Below, in pieces: positions 16,813 to 24,844 of a stretch of 44,389 nucleotides of DNA. The notes beneath the pieces are model-generated. The model did no database searches. It was given only the letters and a program-made list of their open reading frames with translations, and was not told the origin of the DNA. This DNA is from a virus: IMG/VR virus record IMGVR_UViG_3300045988_078919, one strand, 5' to 3'. How positions within the stretch are numbered: position 1 is the stretch's first letter; each line of letters opens with the position of its first letter. A program made the position numbers and the translations under genes.

Positions 16813-16841
16813 ATTATAAGAAAGGCATGAGAAAATGACAA
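16813..16841 (-). promoter_or_regulatory. sigma-A-type promoter for the reverse-oriented Cys-rich gene
   Basis: The minus strand reads TTGTCA, a 17-nt spacer, then TATAAT. A 7-bp inverted repeat atgcctt/aaggcat flanks the -10 element. Confidence 0.55.
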
Positions 16842-16843
16842 GG

Positions 16844-16903
16844 AAGTGAAATCTGAAATGAGAAACTGAAATTTATTCTAAAATTAAGTGAAATCTGAAA
16901 TGA
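16844..16903. repeat. 18-nt direct repeat aagtgaaatctgaaatga (16844-16861 and 16886-16903)
   Basis: Exact duplicate found by eye. Additional ctgaaat sub-repeats lie between the two copies. Confidence 0.8.
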
Positions 16904-16904
16904 A

Positions 16905-16946
16905 AATAGACCATTTTGTAAAAAATGCAAATTGGTCTATTTTTTG
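16905..16946. terminator. Hairpin plus T-run (bidirectional terminator candidate) upstream of the scaffold gene
   Basis: aatagacca (16905-16913) pairs with tggtctatt (16933-16941). TTTTTT follows on the + strand and an A-run precedes it. Confidence 0.5.
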
Positions 16947-17006
16947 TATCAAAAATGCAATTTTCGTGTTCAAAACTCGAAAAAGTGTCGTTAGAAAGGA
17001 GGAAAC

Positions 17007-18125
17007 ATGAAAACAAAAGGAAAGACAAAGCTGGAAGATCTGGAAGTAAAAAAGATCGATGCAGTAGATATCGGAGCAGATCAGAAAGCAAATATCCTGA
17101 TTAAAAAGAGAGGAGGTACAGAAGAGCCGAAGGGAAACTTTTTCAAGAGATTCTTTAATGCGTTTTGTGACAGCTTAGGAGTAAATTCAGAAGATGTCAG
17201 AAAGTCCATGGAAGATGAAGCAACATCCTTTGATGATGTAATGAACGAAAAAAAGATCTATGACGTAAGGGATCAGATCTGGAATGCTTGTAACTCTCTG
17301 GAACAGTCGATCGTGTCAATCTTACTCGATAAAGAGTGTGAGGATAAACAGGCAGCAATCGCACAGAGCATTGATCAGTTTAAGGCATTTTCGGATGATG
17401 CATCCAAGTCTTGGATCAAATTAGAACGTGCAGCAACAGACAAAGAAGATACTGTTGTTGCGGATGATTTTGAGATCGCAAAAATGCAAGAGGTAATTGA
17501 GAAATCTTGCGATCCTGAAACTATTAACAAAGAAAAAAAAGAAAAGGAGAATGAAATGGCATTTGATATTTCAAATATGACAGAGGAAGAAAAGAAAGAA
17601 GCATTAAAAGCATTACAGGATGATGCAAATGCAAAAAAAGAGGATACTGCAAAAAGAGCTGATATTGATGGACAGGTTCAGGAAGCAGTGAATAAAGCAA
17701 TGGAAGGTGTTACAAAGAACTTCACTTCTATGATGAAGAAGATCATGGAACCAATCCAGAAGAGAGCAGAAGAAGCAGAACAGAAGTCCTTAGAAGAAGT
17801 TGCTAAGAAGTATGAACTCTTAGGAACAAAAGCAGAGGACTTAGTGCCAGTTCTGAAATCCATGAAAGCAACATCCGATGAAGCGTATAACAACTTCATT
17901 GCATCAATGGATAACAATCTTGCAGTAATTCAGAAATCAGGTCTGTTTGAGGAAATCGGTAAGTCTGGTGGAGCACACACAGGAAACAACGATACAGAAG
18001 GTGCTGCAAAGATGAATGCAAAGGTAGCAGAGATCAAGAAATCTATGCCGAACTTAACGGATGCACAGGCACAGGATATCGTCATGCAGAATGATCCTGA
18101 ATTAAGAGCAATGTTCGACAAATAA
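17007..18125 (+). CDS. capsid scaffolding protein
   Basis: 372 aa, acidic and rich in coiled-coil sequence. AAAGGAGG RBS. It lies directly upstream of the decoration and major capsid genes. Confidence 0.65.
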   Translation: MKTKGKTKLEDLEVKKIDAVDIGADQKANILIKKRGGTEEPKGNFFKRFFNAFCDSLGVNSEDVRKSMEDEATSFDDVMNEKKIYDVRDQIWNACNSLEQSIVSILLDKECEDKQAAIAQSIDQFKAFSDDASKSWIKLERAATDKEDTVVADDFEIAKMQEVIEKSCDPETINKEKKEKENEMAFDISNMTEEEKKEALKALQDDANAKKEDTAKRADIDGQVQEAVNKAMEGVTKNFTSMMKKIMEPIQKRAEEAEQKSLEEVAKKYELLGTKAEDLVPVLKSMKATSDEAYNNFIASMDNNLAVIQKSGLFEEIGKSGGAHTGNNDTEGAAKMNAKVAEIKKSMPNLTDAQAQDIVMQNDPELRAMFDK

Positions 18126-18144
18126 GAAAGGAGGTACAGAGAAG

Positions 18145-18534
18145 ATGGCAAACAGAACATATGAATACAATCCGATCAATGCTAGCCCAGTGATCGTTGC
18201 TACAGCTGGAGAAAATCTTAAAACAGCTGCAGCAGTCTTATTAACAAAAGATGGAGCAAAACTTCCTGAAGCTGGAAAGAAAGCAACAGGAATTGTGATC
18301 CTTGAAAATGAGACAGTAGCCAAAGGCGATGATATTACTGTTCAGATCAGAAATCAGGGCATGTGGACCGCTGGTGCAGCGTTTGATTCTGGAGATTTCC
18401 TTGCTGTAGATGCAGAGGGATTTTGTCAGAAGGCAACCACAGGGCAGTACATTTTAGCTATGGCACTTGCACCGGCAACAGCAAAAGGAGATACCGTAAG
18501 AGTTGCGATTATCCATGCTGGATATGAAGCGTAA
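18145..18534 (+). CDS. head decoration / DUF2190-like protein
   Basis: 129 aa with an Ala/Gly-rich beta-type sequence (GDDITVQIRNQGMWTAGAAFDSGDFLAVDAEG). It sits between the scaffold and capsid genes. Confidence 0.6.
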   Translation: MANRTYEYNPINASPVIVATAGENLKTAAAVLLTKDGAKLPEAGKKATGIVILENETVAKGDDITVQIRNQGMWTAGAAFDSGDFLAVDAEGFCQKATTGQYILAMALAPATAKGDTVRVAIIHAGYEA

Positions 18535-18554
18535 ATAAAGGAGGAATGAAATAA

Positions 18555-19589
18555 ATGAACACAGGACATAACAACGCAGCAGCAATCGCAGTTGATATTG
18601 CGAAAGGCTGGAGACCAAACTATTACTTAACAAATATGGCAATGTCATATTTTCAGACACCGGGAATGAATGTTGCACCAAGTATCTTTCCGATTCTACC
18701 AGTGCAGGCAAGTACAGGAAATTACTATATTTTCAACAAGGAAGAGATTGCAAAAGATCAGGTAAAGAGAAAGCCTAAGTTCGGAGCAGTAGATCCGGCT
18801 GTATTCTCTCATTCAGATGATACTTACAAATGTGAGGTAGATCAGATCATCGTCGGAGTAGATAACATCACAGCTCTGGATTACCAGAGAACTGGAGCAC
18901 CAGCAACGATTGATCCGAGACGTGCAAAGGTAAAACAGGTTTCAGAACAGATGAATCTGCACCTTGATATGGTCTTTGCAAACAAGTTTTTCAATGCTGA
19001 CGCATGGGCAAATGTTAAGACAGGAGAAGCAACAGCTTCAACATCTAAACAGTTTGTGCATTTTGATGATGCAAACGCGGACATCGTAGGTCAGTTTGAT
19101 GAGATGAAGAAAGAAATCCTTTTAAACGGACGTAGAATGCCTAACAAATTATGCTTAGGATACAGAGCGTATAAGGCAATCAAAAATCATCCGCAGTTCT
19201 TAGAAAGAGTTACAGGTTCAGGGTCAACACCGAATCCAGCACTTGTTAACGAACAGGTAATTGCAGCGGTACTTGGTCTGGAAGAAGTAAAAGTTCTGTA
19301 TGCAACTTATAATGCAGCAGAAATCGGTCAGAAAGCCGATATGAAATTTGTCTTCGACGATAACAGTGCATTATTAACTTATGCACCGAAAGAAGTAGAT
19401 CTTGAAGAACCATCTGCCGGATATATTTATACATGGGATATGCTAGGAAACGGTCAATGGATGGCTACATCACAGTATGATGGACCAGGAGGATCACATT
19501 CAGAGTTCATCGAAGGGCTTATGGCAACGGATATGAAGAAAACTTCCGATGACCTTGCAACTTTCTTAACAGGATGTGTATCCAAGTAG
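18555..19589 (+). CDS. major capsid protein (lambda gpE-like family)
   Basis: 344 aa with a GGAGGA RBS. Its position, size and composition are typical of gpE-type HK97-fold capsid proteins. Confidence 0.8.
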   Translation: MNTGHNNAAAIAVDIAKGWRPNYYLTNMAMSYFQTPGMNVAPSIFPILPVQASTGNYYIFNKEEIAKDQVKRKPKFGAVDPAVFSHSDDTYKCEVDQIIVGVDNITALDYQRTGAPATIDPRRAKVKQVSEQMNLHLDMVFANKFFNADAWANVKTGEATASTSKQFVHFDDANADIVGQFDEMKKEILLNGRRMPNKLCLGYRAYKAIKNHPQFLERVTGSGSTPNPALVNEQVIAAVLGLEEVKVLYATYNAAEIGQKADMKFVFDDNSALLTYAPKEVDLEEPSAGYIYTWDMLGNGQWMATSQYDGPGGSHSEFIEGLMATDMKKTSDDLATFLTGCVSK

Positions 19590-19601
19590 GAGGTGCTTTA
19601 T

Positions 19602-20078
19602 ATGAATTATGTTGCATTAAAACCAGTAAACTTTGGTGGAAAGCGGTATAAGATCGGAGAGACTATTCCAGAGGGTGTCGTAGATGAACGACGCTCTCTT
19701 TTTTTAAAGAAGTCTGGACACATTGCAGAAGTAGCGAGTGTAAATGGAGCGTATGCAGAGGATTTAAATGTTAACCCTAACACTTTATCAATTTCTTTAT
19801 TACAATCTAAGCACGAGCTTGCAGTGAACGCACAGCAGTTATTACAGTTCTTTGCCACAATTCAGAAAACAATGGAAGAGGCAAAAATTGAGATTGCGAC
19901 CATGACAGAGGAAGATGCACCGGTCTTACAGCTGTTACATGAGATTGATTCGAGAAAAGGAATCAAGGCAGCAGTTGAAACAAGACTTGCCGATCTTTCC
20001 GTAGATTCCGATATTAATCCGGAAGAAACCGAAGAACCAGAAGAACAGCCGGAAGGTGGCGAGGAGAATGACGTATAA
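19602..20078 (+). CDS. hypothetical head-associated protein
   Basis: I prefer the ATG at 19602, with AGGAGG 8 nt upstream, over the track GTG at 19593. The C-terminus is acidic. Confidence 0.55.
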   Translation: MNYVALKPVNFGGKRYKIGETIPEGVVDERRSLFLKKSGHIAEVASVNGAYAEDLNVNPNTLSISLLQSKHELAVNAQQLLQFFATIQKTMEEAKIEIATMTEEDAPVLQLLHEIDSRKGIKAAVETRLADLSVDSDINPEETEEPEEQPEGGEENDV

Positions 20079-20463
20079 CTATTTTCCAGAAGATATCAAT
20101 TCCGATGATGTTATGAAAATGCGGTTTGAATTGGCGGATACTGATGTATCCAAAGATGAAATGTCAGCTGCACTTTCCGATGAAGAGATCACAGCTGTAT
20201 TAGAGCAGTATCCAGATAATTTCAAAATGGCAAAATTGAAATTGCTAGAACACATGATGTTCAAATACGGACAGGACGTAGACAACAGTGTTGGTCCTGT
20301 CTCTTTTAATTTTGGGAACCGTATGAATTTTTGGAAACAGCTTTATGATGATCTGAAAAAGGAAATTGCATCTTCAAGCGTTGGAATCAAGCCGTATGAG
20401 AATGAAAAACGAAAGTATTTCTATATTGGCATGATGAATCATCCGGGAGGTGGACGATTTTGA
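20056..20463 (+). CDS. head-tail connector protein (gp6-like position)
   Basis: 135-aa ORF, overlap-coupled and placed at the start of the neck module. Confidence 0.5.
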   Translation: MARRMTYNYFPEDINSDDVMKMRFELADTDVSKDEMSAALSDEEITAVLEQYPDNFKMAKLKLLEHMMFKYGQDVDNSVGPVSFNFGNRMNFWKQLYDDLKKEIASSSVGIKPYENEKRKYFYIGMMNHPGGGRF

Positions 20464-20843
20464 AAATGGTATCCTTTGGCAGACCTTATCAGTACATGAA
20501 GTCTTTTCGTGTTTACTGGCAGGATACAGAAGTCATGGACGATGGCATGGTTGTAAAGGGAAATGAAAAAGAAGCTCCAGATGCGATCATAGACGGCATA
20601 TTAGCCGAAGCAGATATGAAAACAATGGAAATCTGGAAACAAAACCAGTCCCCGATTAGCCATACGATTGTTTCTTATCATCCAGCAGTCAAGATAAGTA
20701 AGAATGACGTGTTATTGTTTGGGGATGATCCTTGTCACGATCATAAGTTTATTGTGAAAGGAACAAAAGACCCAGCTGGAACAGGGCAGTTTTCAATTTA
20801 CTATGTGCTAGAAAGAAGTGATACCGATGGGCGTAGAAGCTGA
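20460..20843 (+). CDS. head closure / head-tail adaptor protein
   Basis: 127-aa ORF with an ATGA-type overlap, in the position of SPP1 gp16-like proteins. Confidence 0.5.
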   Translation: MKMVSFGRPYQYMKSFRVYWQDTEVMDDGMVVKGNEKEAPDAIIDGILAEADMKTMEIWKQNQSPISHTIVSYHPAVKISKNDVLLFGDDPCHDHKFIVKGTKDPAGTGQFSIYYVLERSDTDGRRS

Positions 20844-21237
20844 ATTTCAAGCGTGTGCAAAGAACCTTAATGATAGTATCAAAAGAGAAATGGCTAGAAA
20901 GGGTGCGATGGCAACAAACACTCTTAGAAATGTCGAACTTGAAGTATTGTCAAAAGGCGGTTCTGGAAAGAAATATAAACGGCTTCCAAACAGATCATCC
21001 GCACCGGGAGAGACACCAGCACCACAGTCTGGTAATTTACGTCAAGATTGGAACGATGAAACCTTGATTGAAGGGAACAGAGTTACAAGTCGCTTGAAAA
21101 GTAATGTTAAATATGCTGGATGGCTGGAGGATGGCACAAAAAAGATGGCTAAACGACCCTTTGTCAATCCAATTAAGAAGAAAGCAGAGCCGGAGGTTGT
21201 CAAAATCTTCGGTTCCGATTTTGAGGTAACGTTGTGA
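20818..21237 (+). CDS. HK97 gp10-family neck/tail-completion protein
   Basis: LPNRSSAPGETPAPQSGNLRQ...YAGWLEDGTKKMAKRPF matches the gp10-family motif. Confidence 0.65.
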   Translation: MIPMGVEAEFQACAKNLNDSIKREMARKGAMATNTLRNVELEVLSKGGSGKKYKRLPNRSSAPGETPAPQSGNLRQDWNDETLIEGNRVTSRLKSNVKYAGWLEDGTKKMAKRPFVNPIKKKAEPEVVKIFGSDFEVTL

Positions 21238-22103
21238 AACAAATAATTTTCAAGTATTTAAAGGAGCTGGGCATTGAGGGCTTAGCTTCATTTAAAAATG
21301 CACCAGCAATCTTTTTAGATCAGGCACCCGATGATTCCGATTCAAGATGGGATGGCTCACAATATGGGCGTATCATTTATGGATTGAATCTGAAAGATGA
21401 TTCCGAACGTAAGGTTTCTGGAACAATGGAGATTGCAATAGCGTATCTGTTTAATAATAAAGGCTATAAAAACTTGCTTGAAGCAAAGAAAATCTTGAAA
21501 AAGGCGTTTGAAGGAGTTTTTTTAACCGATGCAGATACAACGATTTCTCTTGTATGGAGAAAATCCGAATCGTTTCAAGAGGCGATTGAAGGGCAAGCGG
21601 ACGTAGAGGTGTGCGGATCAATTTTGACGTTTGATGCATACGCATTTCCAAAACATTCGTATCTTCCGTTGGATGCAGTCGGTTCTTTGGCAAAGCACAT
21701 TGACGAACACTGGGATGTGACAGTAATTAATCACACGGAACTTGACGAAATCTGGAAACCAGATGATGAAGAGGTTGTCGTTTATACGAGACTGGATTCT
21801 ATGCAGCCTGGAACGTTCCCATCGACATATGCTTGTACATGGTTTACAAACAATATCAAAGTTCATGTGATCTCTGGATCAGATGTGAACGCAGATCAGT
21901 TTATCATGAATTTGCTTCAAAATTTACAGGAAAGGGAGCGGTTTGTCATGGACGATGGATCGCCGTTTTTTGTAAATCAATTAGCATACAGCACAAAGTT
22001 TGATCCTTTAAGAGATGGACAGGTAAGCGTGAGAGGACAGTACGGAAAGCTTCGAGAAATGGACGAGGAATCAGAAGAAATAAAAGGAATTACAATAAAT
22101 TAG
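21234..22103 (+). CDS. hypothetical tail-completion protein
   Basis: 289-aa ORF overlap-coupled to the upstream gene, lying before the sheath gene. Confidence 0.5.
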   Translation: MKQIIFKYLKELGIEGLASFKNAPAIFLDQAPDDSDSRWDGSQYGRIIYGLNLKDDSERKVSGTMEIAIAYLFNNKGYKNLLEAKKILKKAFEGVFLTDADTTISLVWRKSESFQEAIEGQADVEVCGSILTFDAYAFPKHSYLPLDAVGSLAKHIDEHWDVTVINHTELDEIWKPDDEEVVVYTRLDSMQPGTFPSTYACTWFTNNIKVHVISGSDVNADQFIMNLLQNLQERERFVMDDGSPFFVNQLAYSTKFDPLRDGQVSVRGQYGKLREMDEESEEIKGITIN

Positions 22104-22112
22104 GAGGTAACA

Positions 22113-22307
22113 ATGGCAGAAAAGAAAGAAAATACAAAAGCAATGCCGGAAGTTGTTTACACTGTGGAAGAGTATGCAGAAAATCCACAGGTCTTAGGAG
22201 TATCCGAAGATATTATCCGAACAGCATTTGCGAAAGCTGGTATTAGAGAAGCAACACAGAGTACAGCAAAGAAACTTGTAGATACATTTAGAAAGAAGGA
22301 GGTGTAG
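22113..22307 (+). CDS. hypothetical small protein
   Basis: 64-aa ORF with a GGAGGT RBS. Confidence 0.5.
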   Translation: MAEKKENTKAMPEVVYTVEEYAENPQVLGVSEDIIRTAFAKAGIREATQSTAKKLVDTFRKKEV

Positions 22308-22311
22308 AGAC

Positions 22312-23721
22312 TTGTCTGGATTATTTTTAAAAGGCGAGAAGAAGGAAAGAGCAGGCGTTTACCGCAGGCATGAGCAGATCACAAATAATGGTGTAGCATC
22401 CGCAATGAATGGAGTTTTTTGTATTCCAGTTCATGCAGACTTTGGGCCGGTTGGAGAAGTTCAGAAGATCACATCTAAAACTGATCTGTATTCTTTATAT
22501 ATGGAGAGCGGAACAATTGATGCAGCAGCAGCTTTATTTAGTGCTGGAGCAAACACTGTATATTTATACCGCCTTGGAACTGGCGGAAAAGAGGGAAGCG
22601 TATCTTTACAGACAACAACTTCCACAAATGCAGTCACATTAAAAACAAAGTATCCTACAGCCTTAAAGTTTTCTGTAACCTTAAAGCAGAAGTTAGGAGA
22701 TGCAACAACAAAAGAGCTTTCTGTTTATAACGGAGCAACACTGGTTGAGAAAGTAAGCTTTGTCGCTGGTACTGGTGTAAATGAAGCCGCAAACCTTGTG
22801 GAAGCAATGAAAGACAGTAAGTATTTATACGCTGAACTTGCTTCTGGGGAATCTGGAATTATGCAGACAGTTACACAGCAGGCGTTAACTGATGGAGCAG
22901 CCCCAAACGTTACAACAGAAGATTACAGCAATGCTTTTAATGCATTTGAAGCATACGCATGGAACGTTATGATTCTTGATACTGTTGAGGAAGATGTTAA
23001 GACATTAGCGAAAACGTATATGGATCGTATTCATTCAAACGGAGCGTTAGGTATCTGTGTGCTTGGAGAAACAGCTGGAAAGTCACTTGCAACCCGACTG
23101 GCAAATGCTAAGGCTTATAATGCACCATATTTCATTTACTGCGGTAGTGGTTATTATAATACCGCCGGAGAAAGAGTAGAGGGATATCTTGCAGCGGCAG
23201 TGCAGGGTGGTGTGATTGGTTGTAAAGATTCCAGTACATCAATCGTGCATGTGGAGATTCCTGATGCAGAATCATGCATTGAACAGCTTACAAATGAACA
23301 GTATGTGAGTGCGATTAAATCAGGATTGCTTCTGTTATCCGAAGGACAGGAAGGACAGGTCTGGTTCGATTCTGGGGTTAATACTTACACAGTGTTAAAT
23401 GAGGACGACGATGAGGGCTGGAAAAAGATTAAACGAACAGCAATTCGTTATGAGGCTTTTGATCGTATTAACCGAACATTAGAACCACTGATTGGAAAGA
23501 TCAGCAATACATCTGATGGCGTTGATAACGTAATTCAGGAAGCAAAAAAAGTATTGGCTGAAATGAACAGAGAAGGAAAAATCTTAGATACTTATGAGTT
23601 CTTCGAGGATACGGATAATACACATGCAGTAGATTATGCATACTTCATTATTCGTATTGATGATGTAGACAGTATGGAAAAGATCTACTTAACTTATCAG
23701 TTCCAGTATATTTCACAGTAG
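22312..23721 (+). CDS. tail sheath protein (XkdK-like)
   Basis: 469 aa with a TTG start after GGAGGTG. It lies immediately upstream of the tube gene. The N-terminus KERAGVYRR is typical of sheath proteins. Confidence 0.85.
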   Translation: MSGLFLKGEKKERAGVYRRHEQITNNGVASAMNGVFCIPVHADFGPVGEVQKITSKTDLYSLYMESGTIDAAAALFSAGANTVYLYRLGTGGKEGSVSLQTTTSTNAVTLKTKYPTALKFSVTLKQKLGDATTKELSVYNGATLVEKVSFVAGTGVNEAANLVEAMKDSKYLYAELASGESGIMQTVTQQALTDGAAPNVTTEDYSNAFNAFEAYAWNVMILDTVEEDVKTLAKTYMDRIHSNGALGICVLGETAGKSLATRLANAKAYNAPYFIYCGSGYYNTAGERVEGYLAAAVQGGVIGCKDSSTSIVHVEIPDAESCIEQLTNEQYVSAIKSGLLLLSEGQEGQVWFDSGVNTYTVLNEDDDEGWKKIKRTAIRYEAFDRINRTLEPLIGKISNTSDGVDNVIQEAKKVLAEMNREGKILDTYEFFEDTDNTHAVDYAYFIIRIDDVDSMEKIYLTYQFQYISQ

Positions 23722-23734
23722 GAGGTTATTATAA

Positions 23735-24193
23735 ATGAGCGGAAAAGGTTTTGATACTAGAAAGTTAATGACTGGAAAAGATGGCAAATTATTTGTCACA
23801 GTTGATGGCACATCTGTATGGTTTGCCTCCGTAGAAGAGTTTGCCGTTGGAGTAAACTTTTCAAACGTAGACTTCCATCCGGCAGGAGATATTCAGACTT
23901 ATGGTGTCCCAGACAGTGTTAAATTTACAGCATCATTTACGGAAGCTGTAGTAAGAGACGATCTTACAATCCAGCCTATGTTGGATTCAATCAAAAATGG
24001 GAAAGTTCCTACATTCAGCCTTCAAGCTGGTGTAACAGAGCCACTTGCTGGCGGAGAAAGCAAATATTTGTTAGATGAGTGTATCCCTGATGGAGATACA
24101 AACATTCTGGAGGTAAAACCGGGAGAGATCATAAAAAGACAGTGTCAGTTTATTGTAAACAGCGTACCAGATTCCATTAAAGCACTGGTATAG
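23735..24193 (+). CDS. tail tube protein (XkdM-like)
   Basis: 152 aa with the pattern GKDGKLFVTVDGTSVWFASVEEFAVGVNFSNVDF. It follows the sheath gene. Confidence 0.8.
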   Translation: MSGKGFDTRKLMTGKDGKLFVTVDGTSVWFASVEEFAVGVNFSNVDFHPAGDIQTYGVPDSVKFTASFTEAVVRDDLTIQPMLDSIKNGKVPTFSLQAGVTEPLAGGESKYLLDECIPDGDTNILEVKPGEIIKRQCQFIVNSVPDSIKALV

Positions 24194-24206
24194 GAAAGGA
24201 AACAAA

Positions 24207-24698
24207 ATGGCAGAGAAGAAAGAAACAAAAATCGAAGTAACAGAAGAAAATGAAATGGACCTTATCACGGGTCTTTTAAAAGCCGCAGAGTATAAAACAG
24301 AAGTACAGCAGCCATTGAATATTACAAGAAATGGACAGACATTGTTTAAATTTAATGTCCGACCATTATCTTTCGATGAAATTGCACAGTGTAGAAAGAA
24401 AGCTACAACTTATATGGCAAACCCAGGCGGAGCTTCACTTCCTCTCGTTGAGAAAGAAGTAAGTACAGCTGATTACATGGCATGGAAGATTTACACTGCA
24501 ACAGTAGCGACTGACGGAAAGAAATTCTGGGATAATTCAGCACTGAAAGAAGGATTAAAGAAAGCTGGTCATATGGTTATGACACAGAACGAAATTATCA
24601 AAGAGGTGTTAACAGCTGGAGAGCTTGAAGCTGTCAGCGATGCTATTGATAACTTATCTGGAGGCGGTGTTAGTGTAGTTGACTACGCAAAAAACTAA
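24207..24698 (+). CDS. tail assembly chaperone (XkdN-like), zero-frame product
   Basis: 163 aa, positioned between the tube and tape measure genes. It ends GCA AAA AAC TAA. Confidence 0.75.
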   Translation: MAEKKETKIEVTEENEMDLITGLLKAAEYKTEVQQPLNITRNGQTLFKFNVRPLSFDEIAQCRKKATTYMANPGGASLPLVEKEVSTADYMAWKIYTATVATDGKKFWDNSALKEGLKKAGHMVMTQNEIIKEVLTAGELEAVSDAIDNLSGGGVSVVDYAKN

Positions 24699-24844
24699 TT
24701 GAATCCAGTCCGTTAGCTTCTATGCTTGCAGAAAATTATTTACGGACTGGAATGTTACCATCACAAGCCCTTGATCTTTCTGAAGGAGAGAGGGCTTTTA
24801 TTTTTGCAGCAATTTTAAAAGCTATGGAAGGAGGAGATGCATAA
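24207..24844 (+). CDS. tail assembly chaperone, predicted -1 frameshift extension product
   Basis: The slippery heptamer A_AAA_AAC lies at 24689-24695. The -1 frame is open from 24683 and reads KKLIESSPLASMLAENYLRTGMLPSQALDLSEGERAFIFAAILKAMEGGDA. It stops at 24842-24844, abutting the tape-measure ATG at 24845. Confidence 0.55.
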
